Shown here: one piece after another, positions 27,232 to 39,974 of the stretch
How the letters are laid out: each line of letters starts with the position of its first letter
Position numbering within the stretch: position 1 is the stretch's first letter
Notes under the pieces: generated by a model
What the model was told of the DNA's origin: nothing
Databases searched by the model: none
The model's input: the letters and a program-made list of their open reading frames with translations, nothing else
Assembly: GCF_001194135.2 (NCBI RefSeq)
Contig: NC_068981.1
Coordinates: 76,746,160 to 76,810,159, forward strand
Length of the DNA: 64,000 bases
Direction of reading: 5' to 3'
Origin: Octopus bimaculoides
Lineage: Eukaryota
Translations under genes and position numbers: made by a program

Positions 27232-27446
27232 ATTTCCAATTTTGGCTCAAGGTCAGTATTTTTACTGGGAGTGAGGGAGAAGTCATTTACATTCATCCAT
27301 TGCTTACTGGTATTATTTCTATTGACTCCGAAGGAATGAGAGGCAAAAATCAACCTAGGAGTATTTGAACTCCGAACGAAAAGTCGGAAGAAATTATACT
27401 AAGCAATGTTTCTCACGTGCTAAGGACTCTGCCAGCTCGCCACCTG
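27232..27446 (-). mobile_element. SINE family C, diverged
   Basis: The minus strand begins aggtggcgagctggcagagtcc and contains gttcggagttcaaat. Confidence 0.75.
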
Positions 27447-27689
27447 AGAGTACGCATGTTTAAAACCAGTTATCTTAATGAAGTTCACCAATAATGAAAA
27501 ATACCTTTCTACAAGGGTTAAATCTCACTAACATATATTTTAATAATTTGGTAAGACCAGTTGCCAGAACATTATGTCTGCTATCATGGTTGTGGTGCAT
27601 ATAGAATAGAAAGAAATATGGGATGAATAAGCAAGAAGAACCAATATGGATTCAGAAAAGTGAAGTGCATAACAAGAGATGAGGAGCAG

Positions 27690-27842
27690 GAGGAGCAGGA
27701 GAAGGAGAAGAAGAGGGACGAGAAGGAGGAGGAGGAAGAGGAAGTAGAAGAAGAAGAAGAAGAAGAAAAAGAAGAAGAAGAAGAAGAAGAAGAAGAAGAA
27801 GAAGAAGAAGAAGAAGAAGAAGAAGAAGAAGAAGAAGAAGAA
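27690..27842. repeat. (GGA)/(GAA)n trinucleotide tract
   Basis: Direct reading. It is the source of the poly-E, poly-L and poly-F ORFs. Confidence 0.95.
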
Positions 27843-28293
27843 GGCTATGATAAAAGTAAAGCCAAAATTTAAGCAAAAGAGACCACCAGGTAAGTGTATA
27901 TAATAATGAATTCTGTGGTAGGCGTAAGTTAATGTTAACAAGGCGTAGGTCTCTGAGGGATTAAAAAACAACCAGACTCTGTAAACTAAACACAATTAAG
28001 CTAAAGAAGGGCATTGAAATGAATTAAGTAAAAATGATGGGCAAAAACAGACTGTAAAGTAAAGCTAGCAGGGAATATTTATTTGAATATTAATTAGGAA
28101 ATTTTGTGTGTATATAACCCCGAAATATCCTAATGTATTACAGCACTAAGCGATTAATATAAACAGAATTGCCGAAATGTTCAGGAAATTGAGGGCTGAG
28201 AAAATATACAACCAGAGAATAATATAAATGTGCTGGTTGAGCAACTTGTAGGTAAATTTCTCGTGGAAATATATTGAAAAGGAGAATAAAGCG

Positions 28294-28650
28294 GCGAGCC
28301 CACCGAGAAAAATGCTTAGCGGTATTTCGTCTGACTTAACTTTTTGAATTCAAATTCCACCGAGGTCGATTTTGCGTTTCATCCTCTCGGGGTCGATAAG
28401 TTAAGTACCGGTTGCGTACTGGGGTCGATCTAATCAACTGGCCTCCTCCCCCCCNNNNNNNNNNNNNNNNNNNNNNNNAAATTTCCGGCGTTCTGCCTAG
28501 AGTAGAAAAGAATATATTGAAATGAGATCAACTTTGCGCTTCATCTTTTTGGGGTCGATGAAATAAGTACTATTTGAGCACGGAGGTCGATGTAATCGAT
28601 TTACTCTTCCCTGAAATTGCTGGCCTTGTACCAAAATTTGAAATCAATAA
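28294..28650 (+). mobile_element. Two tandem SINE family C copies (28294-28518 and a 3' part at 28522-28650)
   Basis: Both carry catc...ggggtcgat(a/g)a..taagtac...ggtcgat(c/g)taatc. Confidence 0.8.
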
Positions 28651-28899
28651 GTAAAACATGAGTAAAAGTTAGTAATTTCTTGTTAGCTTCGGAAACAATG
28701 CATAGTCTTAAAGTAGAACCAGAGTTTTGATGCTCAGTGCTAAGCTTTTGCCGCTAGCTATCGGTAGAGAGCTGGAATGAATACAACAGGCCACTTTTTT
28801 TATTCCTATGGAAGCAATTTGCCATTTACGTGCGTATTTAGTATTCTTTCAAGTGATGTTTCTCCTTTTCTATGTGTGAGTGTGGTTGTTGCTGAGAAG

Positions 28900-29540
28900 A
28901 TTGATAGCTGTAAAAGTAGAACATTTACAAATATTTGTACATATTAGGAAGTGTTAGTGCGAAAATTGCGTCGTTAGACAGTATCACAATCTAGACATTC
29001 ATGACGTAAACGCATTAACAAATAGCTCTCCTGAATATGTTGGTAGAATTGAAATTGTTTAGAATGTAGGACTCTAAGCTTTGCCCTAGTTTACGTGTAG
29101 TGCATCAATGTAATTACATAGCATCTATGTTAAAATTTCTGTTATACTTGTTCTCATAGTTGATACGTTTTCTAAAAGACGTAAGACGAAATTTTAATTA
29201 TTGGCTTAACTACATATTTGTAGAAGAGCGGATTATACTCTGCTATATTTTTGTTGTATTTTCTAATTTTATTCCGAATGGTAGTATTATCTACAATTGG
29301 TTGGTATGTGGAAGGTCGTGTGTAGTAACGTTTATCTTTAAAGACGTTCTTGGCGAAAGCTTCGTTGTAGCTCGTTGCAGCTTTATTAAAGTTCTGTATA
29401 TTAGTAGAGAGATATAAAATTCTAAGAAAAATGCTCTTAATAACGTCGTGTTTTTGAAGTGGATAGAGAGGCAATGCATGTAATTTACTGCCTCGACTTG
29501 TTTCCTAAGTGGAAAGTTGAGGAATTTAGAAATATCCATG
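28900..29540 (-). mobile_element. Decayed Penelope-like RT thumb region
   Basis: Minus frames KFLNFPLRKQVEAVNYMHCLSIH and VIKSIFLRILYLSTNIQNFNKAATSYNEAF...KNIAEYNPLFYKYV resemble PLE thumb motifs (Y(I/V)HxxSNHP...IFNKAAxxYNxAL...WFNPP). Confidence 0.55.
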
Positions 29541-29611
29541 CATGTTATGCTTGAAAAGACATGGTTCTATGCGTTTCCAGTTAACGAAATCGACAGAAAT
29601 ATCATGCTTTA

Positions 29612-29670
<59 letters not shown>

Positions 29671-30419
29671 GTGTGTGTGCGTGCGTGTGTGCATGCATGC
29701 GTGCATGCGTTCGTGTGTATGTGAGTACAATGGAACTATGAAGATCGATCAAAGTTGATGAAATATAGAATGCCTGTAATCAATGAAACAAAGAGAACAT
29801 TTAACCATGTTTTGTGAAATAAACAGACTTAGACTAAAAAGCAAAAGATCAGTGAATGATGAATATCTTAAAACCATGCATGGTCCAATCTAATGTTGGG
29901 TATTTCTCGTACCGCCATCTGACTGCCATATATATTGTTCACTGACCAGAACGATATTCTGGAAATTATTCTGGAAAGAATAACTTCAAATTATCCTCAA
30001 TAGCAGAAAACGTTATTGATTCTCCTCCTCAAGACCATATATATCTCTGCTTTTCTAAAGACCGTATTTCAAAGTAGTTAATCAAGCAACCGGCCCTAAA
30101 AAAAGATTCACTTACTCGGAAACCTACAAGCTCTAAAGCAAAAGGCTGACTCAATCACTCATTGACTTATGAGAAATTATTTGGAAGGTTGGCCATGTAA
30201 CTTTAGAGCACACAGATACCTCAGTCAATCATTTTTTCAAGAATATAAGGCAGAAATCTTCTTTTTTTTGCGACAAATCTTATTCATAACGCTGGCAAAG
30301 TTCTCGCAAAGTCCTCTCGACCAGAATAATCAATTTACAAGACGACTTTAAATTTTAACTGGAATGTGATTTTCGATCAGATCTTGGAATTTGTGATTTG
30401 ATTATTTTGTCTTCAACTT

Positions 30420-30540
30420 TCAAGGGAAATTTCGGAAAAAAGACTACAAATGAAAAAAGACATCGAGAACTTTGCATTGCCTCTGCCAGTTTGACGATGT
30501 CTTTTGACACGATAGGAAATCTTGAAATAAAAGTGAATAC
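30420..30540 (+). mobile_element. LINE 3' end related to the R4/Dong-like tail, running into (CATA)n
   Basis: Ends in aggaaatcttgaaataaaagtgaatacatacatac, matching the tail of the copies at 55.3 and 55.7 kb. Confidence 0.55.
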
Positions 30541-31192
30541 ATACATACATACATACATACATACAAACATACATACATACATATATACAAGCATACATAC
30601 ATACATACATACATACATACAAGCATACATACATACATACATACATACAAGCATACATACATACAAGCATACATACATACATATATACAAGCATACATAC
30701 ATACATACATACAAGCATACATACATACATACATACATACATACATACAAGCATACATACATACATACATACATACAAGCATACATACATACATACATAC
30801 ATACATACAAGCATACATACATACATACATACATACATACAAGCATACATACATACAAGNNNNNNNNNNACATACAAACATACATACATACATATATACA
30901 AGCATACATACATACATACATACATACATACAAGCATACATACATACATACATACATACAAGCATACATACATACAAGCATACATACATACATATATACA
31001 AGCATACATACATACATACATACAAGCATACATACATACATACATACATACATACAAGCATACATACATACATACATACATACAAGCATACATACATACA
31101 TACATACATACATACAAGCATACATACATACATACATACATACATACAAGCATACATACATACAAGCATACGTACATACATACATACATACA
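30537..31192. repeat. Compound (ATAC)n/(AAGC) microsatellite, ~650 bp
   Basis: Direct reading. Confidence 0.95.
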
Positions 31193-31754
31193 TTGAGTTG
31201 AACGTCTGGAAAAAGAATGGTATTCCTGAAAATATGCACGATGTTATCGCATTTCAGAAGGTGATGATATTTGCCGAATCGCATGGAGGCTTTCAAATTC
31301 ATTCTATGTTACGATCAGTACTAAGCAATAATGTATCATGGAATGAATAGGTATCGGGTTTATCTAACTATCTATATCTGTGTCCATCTATTTCTCTCTC
31401 TCTCCCTTTCTTATTTTCACTCTCCCTTTCTTTTTTTTACTCTCCCTTTCTTTCTCTCTCTCTCTCTCTCCAAACACACACCCACCCACACACACACACA
31501 CACATATCTCATCAGACGTAGAGCATGAGTCTTCTAGGTGTAATCTTTATTTCAGTACGGTTTCTCCTTTTCCATTTAGAGCTAAACATTATCATCATTT
31601 TGGTTGCATAATCATTTGTGATGATTCTACGCAGGAATGGTTCAGTACCAGGTCGACTTTTCAATGAAAATCAGAGGGCGTACATACATACACAACACAT
31701 ACATACATAAATACATACATACATACATACATACACACATACATACATGCATAC

Positions 31755-31835
31755 CCCGTAGTTAATGTTGATAATGATCTAGGGTAGAAAACGGCTCTTC
31801 TTCTATCGGCAGGAAATTTTGAAATAAATGGGGAT
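31755..31835 (+). mobile_element. Short 3'-terminal fragment of the R4/Dong-like family, between (CATA)n tracts
   Basis: atctagggtagaaaacggctcttcttctatcggcaggaaattttgaaataaa matches the reverse complement of 55290-55345. Confidence 0.65.
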
Positions 31836-32903
31836 ACATGCACGCATACATACATACATACATGCATGCATACATACATACATGCATGCATACATACATA
31901 CATACATACATACATACATACATACATACATACATACATACATACGAATACGCATGTAGCATCGGTCTTCCAGTTGTTATCAATGTCAGCCATAATCATA
32001 GAGGCGAAATTCCACTTGGTGTATGATATATTTTGTAATCCGATCTGAATAGCACTAACCAGGTCCTTAAAAACATTTTCCTTATCTATAACAGAAGAAA
32101 CACACACGTTACTAATACAGAAAAATAATGAGTCGATACAATTGTAGAAGGAAACGTTCAAAAACTCATTTCAAACGGCCCACTGCACCTCTACGCCGGT
32201 TGTTGACGACATATGTATGTCTGTGTGTAATTTAGCGTGTATGTATGTATGTATGTATGTATGTGCGTATGTTTTATAAACCGACACTAACAATAAATTA
32301 AATATTATTATCGTTATCATAACGAGTAACATTAATTAACCTCCAAACTGTGGTGGTATGTTTCTCCACTTACCTGAGCCAAATACCAGGACGAATGGCA
32401 GAAGAAAATAGAGAGAATCCTACTACATTTATAATCATTGATTCGTTGCGACTGAACATCAACGAGCGCAGCAGAATCTTCCAATCATTGTAACTCTCGT
32501 CCTAAGAGTAAAATTAATTACAAAGAGATACCTAACAACGATCAGGCAAAATTAAAGAAAAATATAGCTTATATTGTGATAATAGAAGTATAACATTCCG
32601 AATGCATCCTACAATTGAATTTGAAAATATATATTTTACGGAGTAATTGAGTTAGTACGGAGCACAAAGAAGAAAAAAACAAAAGAAAAAACAAAGTATT
32701 TTTACAGATGGTCCCCAATAACATAATTTTGCATGTATACGCTCCTTTAGTTTGTATGTCTGTACATACATGCATGCATACATACATACACACATACCTG
32801 CAGTCATACATATAGATATATATCTTTATATATGTTTATACACACACACACATGTATATATATAAATATATATAAATATATGTACATATAGATATGTGTG
32901 TAA

Positions 32904-32964
<61 letters not shown>

Positions 32965-33435
32965 NNNNNNNNNNNNNNNNNNNNNNNNNNNNNNNNNNNN
33001 NNNNNNNNNNNNNNNNNNNNNNNNNNNNNNNNNNNNNNNNNNNNNNNNNNNNNNNNNNNNNNNNNNNNNNNNNNNNNNNNNNNNNNNNNNNNNNNNNNNN
33101 NNNNNNNNNNNNNNNNNNNNNNNNNNNNNNNNNNNNNNNNNNNNNNNNNNNNNNNNNNNNNNNNNNNNNNNNNNNNNNNNNNNNNNNNNNNNNNNNNNNN
33201 NNNNNNNNNNNNNNNNNNNNNNNNNNNNNNNNNNNNNNNNNNNNNNNNNNNNNNNNNNNNNNNNNNNNNNNNNNNNNNNNNNNNNNNNNNNNNNNNNNNN
33301 NNNNNNNNNNNNNNNNNNNNNNNNNNNNNNNNNNNNNNNNNNNNNNNNNNNNNNNNNNNNNNNNNNNNNNNNNNNNNNNNNNNNNNNNNNNNNNNNNNNN
33401 NNNNNNNNNNNNNNNNNNNNNNNNNNNNNNNNNNN

Positions 33436-33468
<33 letters not shown>

Positions 33469-34431
33469 GAGAGAGACAGAGAGAGAGAGAGAAAGAAAGA
33501 GAAAGAGAGGGAAAGATAGATAGATAGATAACTAGATAAATATATACATAAATACATATATGCTATTTATGGTATGTAAGCTGGATTGTGTTTCTATTCA
33601 TGCATTTGTGTACGGTTGTGTTAAGTGTAAGGACAGCCGTGCGTAAATTATACATATAAAGAATTTGTAACAAACGAAAAACTCCCGAAGCAACTCTTCT
33701 ATAGAAGTATGCGTATTAAAAATAAGAACAAAACAGTAAAAATGTAGGATGTAGTGCAGATGAATTTCTTACAAAAATACTCATGGTCCAAGATTAACGA
33801 CAAGTATAGTAGAAATAATAACTGTAATATCGATATCAGCAACATATAATACTACTGCATAAAACAGCATCAATGTTTCCAGAAATCGTAGCAAGAGCAG
33901 GAACCAAATGTTTCAATAAAGGTTTATTTTCTTGTTTTTAGCGAGGTCACTCAATGCTTTATAAAATAATGCTAGATGATGGAGTACTTAGGCATTACCG
34001 CCATAGGCCACAGCATTTCGCTGATAAAATGTCGAAAGCAGCTGATCTTCTGAAAATTTTTTACGAAGCACACGTGCGCGCGCGCACACACATACACACG
34101 TGCGCACTCATACACGCGCACACATACACACACGCGCGCACACACATACACGCACAAATGTACACATACACACACAAACACACTACTTTGCATGCATATA
34201 GACATTAGAGACATATACGAGTGCATATATATATATGTGTGTTTGTATATATATATATATATATATATGCTTATATATAACGATGACCACTAAAGTGGAC
34301 ATTCAATGTGCTAGAAGATCACATGTTGTGTCTACTAAGACGTAATAGTTCTCAAAAGAAATTCAGCGAAATACCAAACCGTATGTGGGCAAGACAGTGA
34401 AGATTACATAAATAAAATTAAAACCTTGTTA

Positions 34432-34495
34432 TTCGTGTACCGGTTTCGGAATTAACATTCTCTTACCGAAAATATTTGTCCCTCTTCAGCACGAA
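34432..34495 (-). ncRNA. Type I minimal hammerhead ribozyme, intact core
   Basis: Minus strand: ttcgtg-CTGAAGA-ggga...ttcc-GAAA-ccggt-A-cacgaa. Confidence 0.85.
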
Positions 34496-34861
34496 GTGCA
34501 AGGAAATTTTAATTTTCAGAATCTTATACAAGTTGTTCACCCCTAGAGGTGAACGTGTATATGATTCTGCTAATTACAACGTAATAATAAAAATCAAATG
34601 TCTTCGTTTTGGCGCGCTAATTCCGGAAATATCTCTGCAGAAAATGGTTACTGCGTAGCATATATCCAATTTGAGAACTTCGTTATGGTTAATCAAATTA
34701 AAACGTAGGGTAAAAAATCAGATATTAATTAATATCGATTTATTACCAGGAAGCTAGCACATTGAAAGAATCAGAGAGATTCAGAAAAAATATCTGAGAT
34801 CTTAGGGGAATAAAGTATATGTTTATATATAACGAAATTTAAGATTAAAATTTCCTTGCAC

Positions 34862-34925
34862 TTCGTGCTGAAGAGGGACAGATATTTTCGGTAAGAGAAT
34901 GTTAATTCCGAAACCGGTACACGAA
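34862..34925 (+). ncRNA. Type I minimal hammerhead ribozyme, intact core
   Basis: Stem I ttcgtg/cacgaa; CTGAAGA at 34868-34874; stem II ggga/ttcc with an extension; GAAA at 34910-34913; palindromic stem III ACCGGT; GUA cleavage triplet with A at 34919. Confidence 0.85.
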
Positions 34926-35516
34926 TAACAATGTTTTAATTTTATTTATGTAATTTTCACTGTCTTGCCCGCATACGGTTTTGTATTTCGCTGAATTTCT
35001 TTTGAGAACTATTACGTCTTAGCGGACACAACATGTGATCTTCTTCTAGCACGTTAATTGTCCACTTTAGTGGTCATAGTATTCAAATACAAGCGACAGA
35101 GACATGCAGAAATAAGGAAAATGCCTCCTGTATCTGNNNNNNNNNNNNNNNNNNNNNNNNNNNNNNNNNNNNNNNNNNNNNNNNNNNNNNNNNNNNNNNN
35201 NNNNNNNNNNNNNNNNNNNNNNNNNNNNNNNNNNNNNNNNNNNNNNNNNNNNNNNNNNNNNNNNNNNNNNNNNNNNNNNNNNNNNNNNNNNNNNNNNNNN
35301 NNNNNNNNNNNNNNNNNNNNNNNNNNNNNNNNNNNNNNNNNNNNNNNNNNNNNNNNNNNNNNNNNNNNNNNNNNNNNNNNNNNNNNNNNNNNNNNNNNNN
35401 NNNNNNNNNNNNNNNNNNNNNNNNNNNNNNNNNNNNNNNNNNNNNNNNNNNNNNNNNNNNNNNNNNNNNNNNNNNNNNNNNNNNNNNNNNNNNNNNNNNN
35501 NNNNNNNNNNNNNNNN

Positions 35517-35561
<45 letters not shown>

Positions 35562-35582
35562 TAGATAGATAAATATATTTAT

Positions 35583-35787
35583 GTTTGTGTCTGTCTGTCC
35601 TCTCTTCATCGCTTGACAACCGATGCTGGTATGTTTACGTTCCCGTACATTATTGGTTCGGCAAAGAGACCGATAGAATAAGTACTAGGCTTATAAAGAA
35701 TAAGTCGTGGGTCGATTTGTTCGACTAAAAACTGCATGGCCGCAGTCAAACGATGAAACAAGTAAAAAGAATAAAAAGAGTAAAAAA
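35583..35787 (+). mobile_element. SINE family A, 3' half
   Basis: catcgcttgacaaccgatgctgg...gaaacaagtaaaaagaataaaaag. Confidence 0.85.
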
Positions 35788-35865
35788 TACATATATTCAC
35801 ACACATACGCGCGCACACACAGATGTGTGTATTCAAAAGTCTTCTTCCAGTTTTAATTTGAATTC

Positions 35866-36595
35866 ATGCGGTAAGTAGCTTGTTTACCAGCCAGATGGTT
35901 CCAGGTTCTGTCCCACTGCGTTGCGCCTTGGGCAAGTGTCTTCTGACCAAAGCCTTGTTAGTAGATTTGGTAGACGGAAACTGAAAGAAGCTCTACGTAT
36001 ATATATATCCTTGTACTTATTTCAGTCATTTGAGTGCAGCCTAGTACTAATTCAATTGGGTTCTTTTGCCGAACCGCTAAGTTACGGGGACGTAAACACC
36101 AGCATCGTTCGTCAAGCGATGTTGGGGGAGGGACAAACACAGACACACAGACATACGCACGCACACACACACACACACACATACACATGTATATACATAT
36201 ACGACGGGCTTCTGTCAGTTTCCGTCCACCAAATCCACTCACAATGCTTTGGTCGGCCCTAGGCTATAGTAGAAGACACTTGCCTAAGGTGCTACGCAGT
36301 GGGACTGAACTCGGAACCATGTGGTTGGTAAACAAGCTACTTACCACATAGCCGCTCCTGCGCCTATATGGATAGATATATTTGTGCGTGAATCTGGGTT
36401 TGTCCCCACACTACCATCGCTTGACAACCGATGCTGGTATGTTTACGTCCTCGTAACCTTGCGGTTCGGCATAGAGACCGATATAATAAATACTAGGCTT
36501 ACAAAGAATAACTCCTGGGGTCGGTTTGTTCCAGCGTGGCTGCAGTCAAATCACTGAAATAAGTAAGACGAATAAAAAGACTAAAATATACGAAT
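35866..36595 (+). mobile_element. SINE family A split by a nested antisense copy
   Basis: Head at 35866-36005 and tail at 36375-36595 on the + strand. Confidence 0.8.
36010..36366 (-). mobile_element. SINE family A nested in the central microsatellite of another copy
   Basis: Near-full minus copy with one internal deletion at gcagcc|tagtac. Confidence 0.88.
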
Positions 36596-36739
36596 ACTCG
36601 TACACACGCGCGCAAACATACATGTATGTATGTGTGTGTATGTGTGTGTGTGTGTATGTGTGTGTTTCGTTTGGATATATGGTTGTATTTCAAAAGTCTT
36701 GCTCCAGTTTTAATTTGAAAATATGTTATATATATTATT

Positions 36740-36770
<31 letters not shown>

Positions 36771-37593
36771 TATATATATTTATATGTATATACATGCGTG
36801 TATATATATATGATTGGTCGCTTGCTTTAGGCATGTAGATATAGTGAATCTTAACCAGCTATATTATATTGCTTTTATATCCGGGGATCATATTTCAGTT
36901 ATAATGACAATCCCTTCAATTGACAACGGATCTATCTCTCCGGTGGGATTTAAGCGCTTAGCCAAATATGCCAATAATGTTTTTACGATGCAAATGGAAG
37001 TGAACAACGGTTGCTAGTCCAACGATTATGTGTATTCTCATAAATTAGACCCCACAATTGGGTGGATGACTTTGGTGTAATGATTGTCCCAGTGGGATGG
37101 TATTCCACTGTGACATGTTTTGATTTCTGTAGTACTTCGTAACCAAGTGTCTGATCGTGGGCTGTACTCCTAAGTATACTAAATCATTAGCTGTTTATAT
37201 TATTTAAATATTCATACGTGTGTGAGTATTTTTGTTAGCCTTTTTATTTGGGAAGAGTTTTAAGGATTACAGCAGGTCATATATATGATGGGGGAGACTG
37301 AATGCTACAGGTTTAATCACATTTATTATGAAATTTATTTCAGTAGGTCTTTAAGTTTCATCTGACAGTTTCTACAAAAATTATACAATTTGAATATGCC
37401 AGCAAACCAAACTTGAATTTGCAGCCAAAGCAAACATCAAATATACATTTCCTACTCACACACACACATAAACAAACACATACATATAAAAACCCACATA
37501 TATGCACATATGTATATACACACTCATAATTACACCGTTTCGTCAGAATGGCTGATCGTTAGTAAGGAAAGACACACAAATAAGAAAAAAGGA

Positions 37594-37636
37594 AGCACTG
37601 ATGAGGTCACAGAAGTGTGACGAAAGAACTCTGGCT
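37594..37636 (+). ncRNA. Type I hammerhead ribozyme motif with an extra core nucleotide
   Basis: agca-CTGATGA-G-gtcaca gaag tgtgac-GAAA-gaact-C-tggct. Confidence 0.7.
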
Positions 37637-37740
37637 GAAATATGATTAATGTAAAATAAAGCTGAAGCAAATTAACACCAAATATATAGTGCGTGTGTTC
37701 TTATTGGCTAAACTGGCAACATGACCATCCCCAAATACAA

Positions 37741-37782
<42 letters not shown>

Positions 37783-37810
37783 TGTGTGTATATATATATT
37801 ATATATATAT

Positions 37811-37841
<31 letters not shown>

Positions 37842-39869
37842 CTGTGTGTGTGTGTGTATCAGAATCTTTTAAGCAAACCTTTCAAGCAAATCCCACTTGT
37901 AATTTGAAGCTTACAAGTGAGCTGGAAATTAAATGTTTAGTAGTAAATCGCATCCTGCTTTATTAAAGCAATGGTTGTTTGCGTTCAAATCTTTGCCAAT
38001 GAGGTGACGTCCTTTATTTTTATTAAGCAAGTGTTTTCTCTTTTTTAAAAAAAGGTGGACAGGCGAATATTTGTTTATTTTAGAACGTGGTCTATTCCTG
38101 ACGGATATTCATTTAATCTCTTCGTTTTCATTTTCATTTATTTCAATAGTGTTTATCCTTTTTGAATCAAGCGATGTTTCTTATCGTTTACTTATAAGTA
38201 TTCCAATTTGTGAGTTTTAATTTTCTTCTTGTGTTTTCTATCTATATGTTTATGATTGTATTCTGTGTAGAAATATGATTCTATATTATCAGATATCGTT
38301 AGATTATGTTTTTTGAGTGTTTTACACCATCGGAAATAATGATACCGCCTTGTATTTTCAAAATCATGATGATACCAGATAAGCAGCTGATGATTGAATT
38401 TTCTGGTTATGTTTTATGCCCTTTCCGTTATCTAACTTATGTCTCTGCTCCTTGTTACCGTTCTATCTGATGTGCTTATTTTAATGTACTTGAGGTAGCG
38501 CAGGTTCTTCTTGCTGTTCATTGGTACAGTGGGAATTAGGTGTCAAAAGTGATTTTAGACAATTAAGATAGTGCTTATAGCTTATCATGAGCATCTCATC
38601 GATATACAACACATATGGAGCATACAGATGTTAGAAAAAATATGGGAGGTAAACACAATATATGAGTTTATATAATTTGTATTATCTTTCATCGACAGAA
38701 AGTTATAAAGTGACTCAAAACTGAGAGTTTCGTGCATTCAGCCGCTATATCATTTTTGTAAATACCCGAAAATATTTTAATTAAAACTTTAGAAACAACA
38801 ATTGTGATTCGAAATAGAAAAAAGCGTATGTACAAAAAATTTGGTTCTACCGGATGTTGCTTACAGTGATGGATGTCCTAAACAGAGAGGGGAAAATTTT
38901 AGGATGAAACAGCTTAATTGAACCAAGCAAAATGTATTATTGACGCAAATTACACATATATAAGTAAAATGAACTCAACCTGAACGTATACATGTTAAAA
39001 TACTGTAACTTTTAAAATGCCTGGAAAGAAAGTTTTAGCCATGCTAAGCTGTACAATGAGAATATCTCATAACATAAAAATATTCCGATCATATTATTCA
39101 TTACAAAATATGATTAGTGAAAAGTTGTATCTTTAAAAACATATTTAAATAAACACATCTATTAAAAATACCCCGGAACAGGAGAGTGCATTTAATTATC
39201 TTGCAAAGAGTCTTTATATATGATATGTTGTACACAGAGATAAATATAAACATGCGTATTTTAAATAACAATGTGTTATTGAACATCTTTTATTATGAAT
39301 AATGCGTGTGTATTTTTGTAAATTAACAGTCATTGCTGAGAGCAATTTTTCTATATCTTATAGAAAGGTATTATTTAATGTGAATGAAACTTTGCATTCT
39401 TTGAAAATATTTTAGATAAATCAGGATCAACAAATGCAAGGTAACAAACGCAATCGAAATAAAAATTACACGTGTGTAAAAATAGTGTTGAGCAATTAAT
39501 TCTGTAAAAAGGGAAGAGCATAAGTATGGATTATAGGATTTTAAACAGGGCTACTTACCTATATTTAGAGGAAATTATATATAAAAACAACATACAGAAT
39601 ACAGCATTAGTGAGAAGATAGAAAAGAAATATTAGTTTTACTACTCCAGAAAAACAAGGCTTAGATGTATTAAGATGTACAGAAAAGAAAATATGCAGTA
39701 TTCATTACAAACTATGGTTAGTGATACGTGTGTGCTTACGTGTGTGCTTACGTGTGTGCTTACGTGTGTGTCCCTGTATGTGTGCGCAGGTGCTTGCATG
39801 CAAATAAGCGAATTCACACAAGAAACCATGCAGATTTAATCACAAATACATATACATAAACATATATGA

Positions 39870-39922
<53 letters not shown>

Positions 39923-39974
39923 TATGTATACATATGTGTATGTGTATATTTGTGTGTGTGTGTATAATGAACAA

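Larger units (their letters stand above)
34283..35077. repeat. Long inverted repeat: arms 34283-34513 and 34844-35077, ~330 bp spacer; probable PLE terminal repeat
   Basis: Manual alignment shows about 10 substitutions and one 3-bp indel over ~232 bp. Confidence 0.95.

Noticed and set aside
34330-34400. KPYVGKT, a GIY-YIG-like peptide in the left arm
   Set aside because: It is short, has no supporting open frame and lies antisense to the hammerhead; probably chance.
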